DNA of 64,000 bases, from the NCBI GenBank assembly GCA_963977015.1, contig CAXBMO010000022.1, positions 1-64,000 on the forward strand, given 5' to 3'. The notes under the pieces are model-generated. The model had not been told where the DNA came from. It did not search any database and saw nothing but the letters and a program-made list of their open reading frames with translations. Each line of letters starts with the position of its first letter. The stretch's first letter is position 1. The translations under genes and the position numbers were made by a program. Source of the stretch: an uncultured bacterium. GTDB lineage: Bacteria; Verrucomicrobiota; Verrucomicrobiia; Verrucomicrobiales; DEV007. Shown here one piece after another: positions 46,532-55,995 of the stretch.

Positions 46532-48340
46532 TTGCCAGAGATGAAACTTGAAGAAATCGAACAGCCTTCCCGGGTTGAGCAGATCAAGCATGACAGCAAC
46601 GGGCTTCGGCTTCCAAGTGCCACCGAACTGAGCTCCGACGCGCTGGCAGTGTCCGAAGAGGCCTGCCAATTGCTCAAATTCCACGGCACCTATCAGCAGG
46701 ACAATCGCGACACGCGAATCGCCCGGAAACGCAGCGGTCTGGACAAGGATTACAGCTTCATGGTGCGAAATCGCATTCCGGGCGGCAGGCTCACCGCGAA
46801 GCAATTCCTCGCCGAACTGGACCTGGCCGAGCAATTTGGGAACGGCACGATTCGCCTGACGACGCGCCAGAGCATCCAGATTCACGGCGTTCTGAAGAAC
46901 AACCTCCGTGACGTCATCCACGCCATCAACCGGATCGGTCTCTCGACCCAGTCGGCATGCGGCGATGTGAATCGAAACGTCATGTGCTGCCCGGCTCCGC
47001 TTCATCAGAATGCGGTCCGGAAGAACATGCTCGCCCTGGCGGATCAACTTGCCGATATTCTCCGTCCGAGGACGCAGGCCTACAACGATCTCTGGGTCAC
47101 CGATCCCGACACCGGGGAAAAGACCAACCACCTTGCATCGGCGATCGTGGAAGAACCGCTTTACGGCGCGCTCTACCTGCCACGCAAGTTCAAGGTCGGC
47201 ATTGCGCTTTGCGACGACAATTGCATCGACGTTTACGATCAGGATATCGGGCTCCTGGGGATCACCGATGGAGATTCGTTGCTCGGTTACAATATCCTGG
47301 CCGGGGGAAGTATGGGCACGACGCCGAGTGATCCTCGATGCTTTCCTGCCCTGGCAAAACGGCTGGCGTTTGTGACTCCAGAACAGGTTGCGGTGGTGGC
47401 CTCGGCCATCGTGTTGGTTCAACGTGACCATGGCGACCGGTCCGATCGGCGGCAGGCCCGGATGAAGTACTTGATTCACCGTTGGGGCTTGGAACGCTTT
47501 CGCGAAGCCGTCGTCGGGCGGCTCGAAGAAGCGGCCGCGACCATCGGGGCCGATCCCTCCCAGATTCCGGACGGTCTGGCCGAGCCCCACCCCGATGACG
47601 TCCGTTCGGCTCCCGATCATCTCGGCTGGCACGAACAAGGAGACGGCAATCGCTTTCTCGGCATTCCGATCGAGAACGGCCGGATCAAGGACGAGGACAA
47701 CATGAGGCTGAAGAAGGGGCTGCGAGAGATCTTCACCCGATTTGAGTTTGGTGCCCGGATCACCGCGCAGCAGAACCTCCTCATCGCCGACATCCCCCCA
47801 AGCCAATGCCGCGAGGTTCAGACGATCCTCAGCGATCACGGCATCAACACGACGGACGACCTGAAGCCATTGCGTCGTCGAGCCTTCGCCTGTCCTGCGT
47901 TGCCGACCTGCGGTCTGGCACTGACCGAAAGTGAGCGTGTCCTACCACGTTTGGTTGGTCAACTGCAAACGATCCTCGACGATTTGAAGATGGGCGATTT
48001 GGAACTCGACCTGCGAATGACGGGCTGCCCGAACGGCTGCGCCCGCCCCTACAACGCCGAGATCGGCCTGGTGGGAAGCGGTCACAATCCCAAGTCCGGA
48101 CAAGGAAAATACACCGTCTTCCTGGGAGGCAGCCCGTTGGGCAACCGGCTGAATTCGGTATTCCGCGAAAAGGTGCTTTTCGATGAAATCCCGCCACTTC
48201 TCCGGCCCATTCTCCAGCATTTTGCCGATCACCGAAACTCGGACGAAAGCTTTGGCGATTTCTGTCATCGCCTCGGCCTCGAACAGCTGCGAGATCTTTC
48301 GGACGGCCCACTCGAAGGGAATCATCGCTCCGTCTCATGA
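46532..48340 (+). CDS. cysI: Siroheme/4Fe-4S sulfite reductase hemoprotein (CysI/Sir type)
   Basis: LKFHGTYQQD, RLTTRQ, CGDVNRN, YLPRKFK, CPALPTC, GCPNGC; start TTG 46532 or ATG 46541. Confidence 0.92.
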   Translation: MPEMKLEEIEQPSRVEQIKHDSNGLRLPSATELSSDALAVSEEACQLLKFHGTYQQDNRDTRIARKRSGLDKDYSFMVRNRIPGGRLTAKQFLAELDLAEQFGNGTIRLTTRQSIQIHGVLKNNLRDVIHAINRIGLSTQSACGDVNRNVMCCPAPLHQNAVRKNMLALADQLADILRPRTQAYNDLWVTDPDTGEKTNHLASAIVEEPLYGALYLPRKFKVGIALCDDNCIDVYDQDIGLLGITDGDSLLGYNILAGGSMGTTPSDPRCFPALAKRLAFVTPEQVAVVASAIVLVQRDHGDRSDRRQARMKYLIHRWGLERFREAVVGRLEEAAATIGADPSQIPDGLAEPHPDDVRSAPDHLGWHEQGDGNRFLGIPIENGRIKDEDNMRLKKGLREIFTRFEFGARITAQQNLLIADIPPSQCREVQTILSDHGINTTDDLKPLRRRAFACPALPTCGLALTESERVLPRLVGQLQTILDDLKMGDLELDLRMTGCPNGCARPYNAEIGLVGSGHNPKSGQGKYTVFLGGSPLGNRLNSVFREKVLFDEIPPLLRPILQHFADHRNSDESFGDFCHRLGLEQLRDLSDGPLEGNHRSVS

Positions 48341-49560
48341 AATCAAGCGACGCCAATCCCGCTTCCGCTCAAGGCCTCCAGACCCGCTCCGTTCATGCTG
48401 GCGAGATTCCGGATCCCAACACTGGCGCGTCGTCGCCGAACCTGGTGATGTCCTCCACTTTCCTCGCCGATCCCGAGGCCTCGTTCTCGGCAGAGGGAAG
48501 CCACGGCGAGGACGACTTTTTCTACACACGCTGGGCCAACCCGACCGTCGCCCAGTTGGAAGCGAAGCTCGCAGCCCTGGAGGAAGCCGAAGCGGCCATG
48601 GCTTTCGCTTCCGGGATGGCTGCGGTGAACGGTCTGTTTTTCCATTGTCTTCGTCCCGGCGATCATCTCGTTCTGGGAGATGTGGTCTACGCCGCCGTTT
48701 CAGAGACCGCCGATTCTCTTCTCAAGGAGCTGGGAATCGCGGTGTCACGGGTCGACACTTCGGATCTCGACGCGGTTCGCGAGGCACTCCAAGACAACAC
48801 CCGTCTCGTTTACATCGAATCGCCCTGCAATCCGATCCTGCGACTCACCGACATTCGGGCAGTTGCCGAGCTGGTTCACGAAGCAGGGGCCCGCCTCGCG
48901 GTGGACTCCACCTTCGCCACGCCTGTCGCAACCCGGCCCCTGGCGTTCGGAGCTGACTTCGTGGTCCACTCGTTGACCAAATATCTCGGTGGTCACGGCG
49001 ACGCGGTGGGAGGCGCCGTGCTTGGCCCCGAGGCAGATATCGCGGAGATTCGCCGGAAAGCGGGCATTCGCATGGGCGGGATTATCAGCCCCTTCAATGC
49101 CTGGCTCATTCTGCGCGGCGTGGCGACATTGCCCCTGCGAATGCGCGCCCACGAAGCTGCGGCCCTCGAGGTGAGCCGGTTTCTGGAAAATCACCCGGTG
49201 GTGAGCCGGGTTGTCTATCCAGGACTGGAATCGCATCCCCAACACGAACTCGCCCGCAGCCAGATGGCGAATTGTTCCGGCATGCTGACCTTTCAAACAG
49301 ATCGCCACGCCGAGTTGCCCCGCCTGTTCGCGGAACGTCTTCGCGTGATCCACTACGCGGTATCGTTGGGCCATCACCGCTCTCTTCTGTTCTATATTCC
49401 TACGAACGAGATCCTCGATACCTCCTTCGATTTGACCGAGACACAGGAGGCCCGCTATCGTGAATTCGCGGGAGACGCCATTTTCCGCCTCTCGGCCGGA
49501 ATCGAAGATCCCGGCGACCTCTGCGCGGACCTGGACCAGGTTTTCGCCGCCCTCACCTGA
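48337..49560 (+). CDS. Cys/Met metabolism PLP enzyme (cystathionine gamma-synthase/lyase, sulfhydrylase family)
   Basis: YTRWANPT, FASGMAA, ESPCNP, VDSTFATP, HSLTKYLGGHGD (PLP Lys), AVSLG. Confidence 0.93.
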   Translation: MKSSDANPASAQGLQTRSVHAGEIPDPNTGASSPNLVMSSTFLADPEASFSAEGSHGEDDFFYTRWANPTVAQLEAKLAALEEAEAAMAFASGMAAVNGLFFHCLRPGDHLVLGDVVYAAVSETADSLLKELGIAVSRVDTSDLDAVREALQDNTRLVYIESPCNPILRLTDIRAVAELVHEAGARLAVDSTFATPVATRPLAFGADFVVHSLTKYLGGHGDAVGGAVLGPEADIAEIRRKAGIRMGGIISPFNAWLILRGVATLPLRMRAHEAAALEVSRFLENHPVVSRVVYPGLESHPQHELARSQMANCSGMLTFQTDRHAELPRLFAERLRVIHYAVSLGHHRSLLFYIPTNEILDTSFDLTETQEARYREFAGDAIFRLSAGIEDPGDLCADLDQVFAALT

Positions 49561-49583
49561 TCGACATTGCTCTCCGACTTCCC

Positions 49584-50252
49584 ATGAAACTCATTCTCCA
49601 TGAAATGGCCCACAGTCCGTTTTGCATCCCCGTGAAGCGGATTCTCCAGGCTTACTCCGTTCCCTTCGAAACGAACGCCATTCCGGCCTGGGACCGACGC
49701 CAATTGATCGCGCTGACCTCCGGCGCTTACTATCAGGTGCCGGTGCTCGAATCCGATGGTCAGATCGTGCACGAGACGGCTGAGGAGCCCGTCGCCGTGG
49801 CGCGGTATCTCAATGCCCAATTCTGCAACGGCGAGCTGTTTCCCGATTCGTGCGCCGGACTGCAGGAAATCGTCATCGAGCACATCGAGAATTCGCTGGA
49901 GGGAAAGGGATTCAAGCTGAGCGACCCCTATTTTGTGGACGGGATTGGGGATATTGGTGATCGCGTCATGGTGATTCGCCACAAGGAACGCAGCTTTGGG
50001 CCAGGTTGTGTCGAGAAATGGCGCGAGGAAACTCCGGCTTTGTTGCGGGAATTCGAGGCGTCCCTAAAACCGTTCGAAACCCGGCTCAATCATTCTCCGT
50101 TCCTGTTCGGAGACGCCCCGGTTTACGCCGACTACGCCCTGTTTGGCGTCCTCGGCAATTTCCAGTTCGGCGGCCATCACCAATTGAACGCCCACTTTGA
50201 AAACCTGGTCCGCTGGGAGAAGAGGCTCGCGAACCACACGGCCTCGAACTGA
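49584..50252 (+). CDS. Glutathione S-transferase family protein
   Basis: HSPFC, QVPVL, FLFGDAPVYADYALFG. Confidence 0.85.
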   Translation: MKLILHEMAHSPFCIPVKRILQAYSVPFETNAIPAWDRRQLIALTSGAYYQVPVLESDGQIVHETAEEPVAVARYLNAQFCNGELFPDSCAGLQEIVIEHIENSLEGKGFKLSDPYFVDGIGDIGDRVMVIRHKERSFGPGCVEKWREETPALLREFEASLKPFETRLNHSPFLFGDAPVYADYALFGVLGNFQFGGHHQLNAHFENLVRWEKRLANHTASN

Positions 50253-50253
50253 G

Positions 50254-50598
50254 GTGATCGTCAGGCAAGAAGGTGGCCGCTGGCCCAATCTCACGCCCCT
50301 GATTGGATCACAAGTCGTCAACGCGGACCTGGCTGGAGATTCCGCGACCTTGCGGTTGGTTTTTCGGCACCCAGACGGCGAATCTGAATCGGAAGTCCAG
50401 ATTCCGCCGCCCTGGAATTTCACCTCGTGCATTCTGGCTTGTGGTTCGGACGAGATCACCACCGGTGACGAGTCCGGCTGGAGGTCGGCGTCCCAACTAA
50501 TTGGGCTGGAGGACGCCACCTTCACCAAGATGCACCAGGACGAGGACCACTGTGATCTCGTCTTCGACTCCATCACGATCAGCATCGCGGCAACCTGA
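50254..50598 (+). CDS. Hypothetical protein
   Basis: GTG start 1 bp after the GST stop; fills the gap to the next gene; no recognisable motif. Confidence 0.5.
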   Translation: MIVRQEGGRWPNLTPLIGSQVVNADLAGDSATLRLVFRHPDGESESEVQIPPPWNFTSCILACGSDEITTGDESGWRSASQLIGLEDATFTKMHQDEDHCDLVFDSITISIAAT

Positions 50599-50654
50599 GC
50601 CGACTTTTCCTTTTTGCCATGCAAGCTCGGCTCCAACTTTCCCGTGTCTGGGAC

Positions 50655-51335
50655 ATGCGCCACATCTGTCTCGCCCTCTTCCTCACCTCCACTCTGGTCT
50701 CCGCATCCGAACCCAACACTCTGACCGAAGCGGAACGCGCCGAGGGATGGAAACTGCTTTTCGACGGCGAGAAGATCGAAGGCTGGCGTAGCTACGGCTC
50801 GGACATGTCGCCGAAGCAGGGCTGGGTTGTCGAAAACGGCACGCTTCACAAACAAGCCGACCTTCGCGGTGGCGACATCATGACGGTCAAAACCTACGAG
50901 AACTTTGAGTTCAGCTGGGAATGGAAGCTTCTCGAAAAGGGGAACAACGGCGTTAAATACTTCATCATCCCGGAGCGCAAAGCCACCATCGGTCACGAAT
51001 ATCAGATGATTGACGACACCAAAGTCAAAGATGCCTATTCCAGCACGGCCGCCTTTTATCTGGTGGCGAAGCCGAGTCCGGACAAGCCCACCAAACCGAT
51101 GGGCGAATGGAACCACTCGCGCATCGTGGTCAGGGGGAACCACGTGGAGCACTGGTTGAATGGCACAAAGGTGCTCGAATATGAGTGCGGAAGCCCGGCC
51201 ATCATGGAGCGCGTTCCGCTAACCAAGTTCAAGAAGACTCCCGGCTTCGGTGAAAAAGTTACCGGGCACATTCTCCTGACCGACCACAAAGACCCCTGCT
51301 GGTTTCGGAACCTCAAAATCAAGGAACTGCCGTAG
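50655..51335 (+). CDS. DUF1080 (3-keto-disaccharide hydrolase-like) protein, secreted
   Basis: NTLTEAERAEGWKLLFDG, GNNGVKY, HEYQMID, GEWNHSRI, GHILLTDH, FRNLKIKEL. Confidence 0.92.
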   Translation: MRHICLALFLTSTLVSASEPNTLTEAERAEGWKLLFDGEKIEGWRSYGSDMSPKQGWVVENGTLHKQADLRGGDIMTVKTYENFEFSWEWKLLEKGNNGVKYFIIPERKATIGHEYQMIDDTKVKDAYSSTAAFYLVAKPSPDKPTKPMGEWNHSRIVVRGNHVEHWLNGTKVLEYECGSPAIMERVPLTKFKKTPGFGEKVTGHILLTDHKDPCWFRNLKIKELP

Positions 51336-51427
51336 AAATCGAAAGACGGATTCCGTTTCTTCCCTCAAATCTGAGCTGGAACCCTTCCGAACCATCGGCA
51401 ACGGTGTCGTCTCACCAACCCCCAATC

Positions 51428-53623
51428 ATGCCTCTTCGTCACGTTTTTCTCTACTCCGCCCTTGTGTGTTCCCTCTCGACCTTGTCGGCGCAGCAACCGC
51501 CGAACATCGTCTTCTTTTTCACGGATGATCAAACCACAAGCACACTTGCCTGTTACGGAAATCCGATCGTCCAGACTCCGAACATTGATGATCTGGCAAA
51601 ACGCGGAGTTCGTTTCGAGAACGCCTTCGTCAGCCACTCCATCTGTTGGGTGAGCCGTACGACCATCTTGAGCGGGCTGGTGGGCCGTAGTTTTGGAACC
51701 GCTGACGAACCGGACAAAGCACGCCCGGATGCAGTCGAAACCCTCTACTCCGACATCCTGCGGGAGAAGGGTTATCGCACGGGTTACTTCGGCAAATGGC
51801 ACGCCAAAATGCCAAAGGAATTCAAGAAGGAGGATCATTTTGATGAGTTCGAGGCAATTGGCCGCAACCCCTTCTACAAAAAGCAGCCGGATGGAAGTTT
51901 GCGTCATGAAACCGAGGTGATCGTCGATCGCGGAATCGAGTTCGTGAAGAGCCAACCAAAGGGAAAACCTTTCGCCCTCAACCTGTGGTTCAACGCCTGC
52001 CATGCCGAAGATAGCGACCGGCGTCCCGGGATTGGTCACTTTCCATGGCCGCGCGCCGTGGACGGAATGTATGAGGACTACAAGATTTACCCTCCCAAGC
52101 TGAATGATCCCGCCATTCTGGATGCCCAACCGGATTTTCTGAAGACGTCGATCAATCGGGAACGCTATTTCTGGCGATGGAATACGGATGAAAAGTATCA
52201 GACCAACATGCGCGCCTACTTCCGCATGGTCAGCGGAATTGATGGTGCGATCGGACGCTTTCGCCAGGCGCTCGAGGAAGCGGGCCTAGCCGACAACACC
52301 ATCATCGTCTATTCCGCCGACAACGGTTATCACATGGGCAATCGTGGATTTGCCGGCAAATGGTCCCACTATGAGGAGTCGCTGCGCGTCCCGCTCATCA
52401 TCTGTGATCCGCGCGTTCCGAAGAACCAGCAGGGCAAGGTGACGGACGCTCTCGCGTTGAATGTCGATCTTCCTGCGACCTTCCTCGATTGGGCCGGCGC
52501 GGATATTCCGGAACGCTATCAAGGGCATAGTCTCCAACCCATCGTGAACGCCGAAAAACCCGCCGACTGGCGCTCGGAAACCTTTCACGAGCACTTCGCG
52601 GTTCGAAACCGGATTCCGGCATTCGAGGGAATCCGCAACGAGCGCTTCAAGTATGTGAGATACTTCGATCACGGCGATCACGAATTTCTCCACGATCTCA
52701 AGACTGACCCCGATGAATTGGTGAACCTTGCCGACAGCCCGGAGTATGCCCCGATGTTGAAGGAGATGCGGGAGCGAACTGACCAGAAGGTTGCCGAGTA
52801 TGGCGGGCCGCTCAGTCCGCCAAAGGCCAAATTCACAGCGTCCACGCCACCCCACCCGAACGCCTCCGCCGCCGTTACCCAAAAACCTGGGAATGACGAT
52901 TTCGTGAGGCTTTTCGACGGAAAATCGCTGCGTGGTTGGACGGGAGATCCTCAATACTGGTCGGTCAAGGAAGGCGCGATCACCGGAGTGACGGATGGCT
53001 CGCTCAACATGAATCGCTTTCTCACCTGGAAGGGTTCGACCATTCGCAGCTTCGATCTTCACGTGAAGGTCAAAGTCTCGGCTGGCGGCAACAGTGGCAT
53101 TCAATACCGCGGAAAATCAGCGCCCGAAATCGGGCTCGATATCGTCACCGGATATCAGTGCGACATCGTCGCCAATAACCCGAACTACAACGGGATGCTT
53201 TATGAGGAGCGCGGTCGTCGCATTCTCTCGCATACCGGCGAGAAGGTGATCATCGATCCATCCGGCCAACCTTGGGTTGTCGGTCAGCTTCCCTCCAAAG
53301 AGTTCGCGGCTGGCGAGTGGCACGATTACCGCGTTCTCGTTCGCGGAAACCACCATCAACACTGGATCGACGGCCATCCCACCGCCGATCTGATTGATCT
53401 CGATGAGAAAGGCCGCGCGCTCGAAGGCGTCCTCGCCGTCCAGGTTCACGTTGGTCCGGCCATGCAGATTCAATTCAAGGATTTCAAAATCAAACATCTG
53501 CCTGACGAACTTCCCCTGCGGACCGCGGATGACAGCCCAATTCCCGTCGGCGCCTATGGAGTTCGCCCCCAGGGCAAATTGCCGAAAGACTGGAAGCCTC
53601 CGGTTTACGGGGAACAGAAATAG
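51428..53623 (+). CDS. Sulfatase fused to a C-terminal DUF1080 domain
   Basis: PNIVFFFTDDQ, CWVSR, GKWH, ADNG; C-terminal LFDGKSLRGW, GNSGIQYR, GYQCDI, GEWHDY, FKDFKIK. Confidence 0.92.
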   Translation: MPLRHVFLYSALVCSLSTLSAQQPPNIVFFFTDDQTTSTLACYGNPIVQTPNIDDLAKRGVRFENAFVSHSICWVSRTTILSGLVGRSFGTADEPDKARPDAVETLYSDILREKGYRTGYFGKWHAKMPKEFKKEDHFDEFEAIGRNPFYKKQPDGSLRHETEVIVDRGIEFVKSQPKGKPFALNLWFNACHAEDSDRRPGIGHFPWPRAVDGMYEDYKIYPPKLNDPAILDAQPDFLKTSINRERYFWRWNTDEKYQTNMRAYFRMVSGIDGAIGRFRQALEEAGLADNTIIVYSADNGYHMGNRGFAGKWSHYEESLRVPLIICDPRVPKNQQGKVTDALALNVDLPATFLDWAGADIPERYQGHSLQPIVNAEKPADWRSETFHEHFAVRNRIPAFEGIRNERFKYVRYFDHGDHEFLHDLKTDPDELVNLADSPEYAPMLKEMRERTDQKVAEYGGPLSPPKAKFTASTPPHPNASAAVTQKPGNDDFVRLFDGKSLRGWTGDPQYWSVKEGAITGVTDGSLNMNRFLTWKGSTIRSFDLHVKVKVSAGGNSGIQYRGKSAPEIGLDIVTGYQCDIVANNPNYNGMLYEERGRRILSHTGEKVIIDPSGQPWVVGQLPSKEFAAGEWHDYRVLVRGNHHQHWIDGHPTADLIDLDEKGRALEGVLAVQVHVGPAMQIQFKDFKIKHLPDELPLRTADDSPIPVGAYGVRPQGKLPKDWKPPVYGEQK

Positions 53624-53818
53624 GCGGGACCGAGTTACCGCAACCCGGCAACCGGGAAGTCATCGTTGAGTGCGCACCGCCTAACGCCACTCTTTGACCT
53701 TGCACTGGCGTTTGGAATCTGATTGGGTGATCGCTGGCCCGGAGAAAGTTGCAGTGAAGTGCGGCTCCATTCTCCGGGGCGACTTTCCTTGAAATTCTCT
53801 GCGAAAGAGAATGTCATC

Positions 53819-55375
53819 ATGACGAGTAGCTTCAATCCTCTGGATCTTCAAACGACCGCCTCCGATGCCTGGTTGGTTGTCATTCTGTCGATCGCCCTAC
53901 TGATTGCGCTCGTCCTTTGGATCCGCCAAATCGCCGTCACTCCAAGAATGCTGGCCGACTCCGAGCAGTTGAGAGATTTGGGCCTCTCAAAAGACCAGGA
54001 TCAAGGAATGATCGCGAAACTGCAGAGGGAAAACACGCGTCTGATCGCGGAACGTCAGCAGACCAAGTCCGAGTTGCAGAACTTTCGCGATATGATGACC
54101 ACGCAGGCGGAAGACCTTGGCGGCGATCATCAGAAAGTGGTGGAAGTGGTGATGGATACGTTGGACAAATTCCTCGTCCTCGGACCGGTCCTGGAAGAGG
54201 CGCAAAACTATGGGCTGACGCTGACGAGCCACCGGTCCAACGTGAAGATGCTGGAGATGCCGAGCCGCCATCCCAAGATCATCACCGTCGCCAACTTGAA
54301 AGGCGGCGTCGGGAAATCAACCGTGGCCGCAAATCTGGGGCTGGTTATGGCTGAGCAGATCCACGAGAAGAAGCGCGTTCTGCTCGTCGACCTGGATCAC
54401 GGCTCATCCTTGACCCGGCTCTGCCTGACCGAGGACCAATGGTCTCAACTACGCCAAGATCACGACCCGGGACCTGTCTGTCGAGCATTCCAGCGCTACC
54501 TGGAGTTGGCGAAAAACAACAAAACCGAGATCAATGATTGGTCGGCAACCGATCTTTCCCCGATCCGGGTCCAACGCGGCGAGAGCGAACCGGTGCTGGA
54601 TCTCGCTCCGGCGGGAAGCGGCCTCAACGTGACCCAGGAAGCCTGCCTCATGGCATCATTCCTCGATCCCAGACTCCCCGATGCCCGATTCCTGCTCTGC
54701 GATTTGATCCGGCGCTGGTCTTCAGAATACGACATTGTAATTCTGGATTGCCCCCCACGAATGACGATTGGCACGACCGGAGCACTCGCCATCGCCGATA
54801 TGATTCTCATGCCCGTCGTTCCTGACCAGCTCTCCATCCAGGGCGCAGGCATCTTCTTCGATGATCAGCATGCGCGGTTGCGTGAAATTCTTTGGGGGAC
54901 GAACGGAGATCATCCTAACGACAATCCACAATCCCGAAATGCATTTCACAATGGAAGAGACCGGAACCTCGCCTTGGTCGCAAATCACGTGAATCATCAT
55001 GCGGATCACCTAACCAGGGAGCGCATTATCGCCGAGCTGGAGCGCATGAACGCTCCTGACTCAGTAAAAGAAGCTGTTCTTGAGGAATCCCTCGTCGAAT
55101 ACCGCGCCTATGCGAAGGCGGCAAATGCGGGCGACACTCCGGAGAACCGGCCATTCGCCATCGATGAAATGGTGGAAGGCGACTACAAGCCGCTGGCCCA
55201 GATGGATCACCTTGCCACCGCGATCTTGCGGAAGTTCAATCAAACCACCTCGGCCATGGAGGAAAGACCTCGGCTGCGATTGGGAATTGAAGCGGCAAAC
55301 CTGTCGGAATCTGGTTCGAATCCAAAATCTGCAATAAACCGGGCAGAAATTGCAGAGACATCCAGCCCCGGCTAA
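53819..55375 (+). CDS. ParA/MinD-family ATPase with N-terminal TM helix and coiled coil
   Basis: NLKGGVGKST deviant Walker A, LLVDLD, ILDCPP, PVVPDQLS; TM segment AWLVVILSIALLIALVLWI; ATG 53819 preferred. Confidence 0.85.
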   Translation: MTSSFNPLDLQTTASDAWLVVILSIALLIALVLWIRQIAVTPRMLADSEQLRDLGLSKDQDQGMIAKLQRENTRLIAERQQTKSELQNFRDMMTTQAEDLGGDHQKVVEVVMDTLDKFLVLGPVLEEAQNYGLTLTSHRSNVKMLEMPSRHPKIITVANLKGGVGKSTVAANLGLVMAEQIHEKKRVLLVDLDHGSSLTRLCLTEDQWSQLRQDHDPGPVCRAFQRYLELAKNNKTEINDWSATDLSPIRVQRGESEPVLDLAPAGSGLNVTQEACLMASFLDPRLPDARFLLCDLIRRWSSEYDIVILDCPPRMTIGTTGALAIADMILMPVVPDQLSIQGAGIFFDDQHARLREILWGTNGDHPNDNPQSRNAFHNGRDRNLALVANHVNHHADHLTRERIIAELERMNAPDSVKEAVLEESLVEYRAYAKAANAGDTPENRPFAIDEMVEGDYKPLAQMDHLATAILRKFNQTTSAMEERPRLRLGIEAANLSESGSNPKSAINRAEIAETSSPG

Positions 55376-55392
55376 TTCAGACTCCATGGGTT

Positions 55393-55974
55393 ATGAAACC
55401 CCTCAGTCAACTTTTGCTCCTTTGCTTGGCCGCCTCGATTTCGCTGTCCTGTTCCCCAAGCGATTCCCCCTCCGGAGATAGCGAGGCAACCTCTCCGTTC
55501 AGCCAGGTCACCAATCAACTCCAAGCGATTGAAGCCGGAGAAATTTCGAAATTGCATACCCTCAACGGTGTCTTTCTTGCCAGCCAACCTGCGGAGTCCG
55601 ACCTTGCGCAGGCGAAAACTGATGGCGTAAAAACCGTCGTCAATCTCAGGCACGACGAGGAAATCAAGGATTTCGCGGAGAAGGAAGTCGTGGAGAACCT
55701 TGGAATGACCTACATTCACCTTCCCTGGAATGGGGAAGAGGAATTGACCGACGCAATTTTTGACCAATCACGCGAGGTTCTGAAGAATGCGGAAAAACCG
55801 ATGCTGATTCACTGCAAGTCAGCCAATCGCAATGGCGCCGTTTGGCTCCCCTATCGCGTCCTCGACGGCGGTTTGACTGTGGAAGAGGCCCTGGCCGAAG
55901 CAAAAACGGTGGGCCTAACGAGCGCAAAATACGAAGCCAGGGCCTTGGACTATATTTCAAGAAAATCGTCGTAA
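55393..55974 (+). CDS. DUF442/Blh-like (PTP-fold sulfurtransferase or phosphatase) lipoprotein
   Basis: Lipobox SLSC; SQP, GVKTVVNLR, IHCKSANR CX5R loop. Confidence 0.82.
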   Translation: MKPLSQLLLLCLAASISLSCSPSDSPSGDSEATSPFSQVTNQLQAIEAGEISKLHTLNGVFLASQPAESDLAQAKTDGVKTVVNLRHDEEIKDFAEKEVVENLGMTYIHLPWNGEEELTDAIFDQSREVLKNAEKPMLIHCKSANRNGAVWLPYRVLDGGLTVEEALAEAKTVGLTSAKYEARALDYISRKSS

Positions 55975-55995
55975 TCCCCCACCCATCCAAACTCC

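Noticed and set aside
46424-47839. 471-aa minus-strand ORF (likewise 5249-6541, 25301-26728, 27617-28651, 50064-51152)
   Set aside because: Each lies opposite a well-supported gene and has no recognisable motifs
53679-53782. Possible integron attC site (GCCTAAC) or cobalamin riboswitch (GGGAAGTC...CGCCACT)
   Set aside because: No matching GTTRRRY end, no integrase in the window, and the B12-element core is missing
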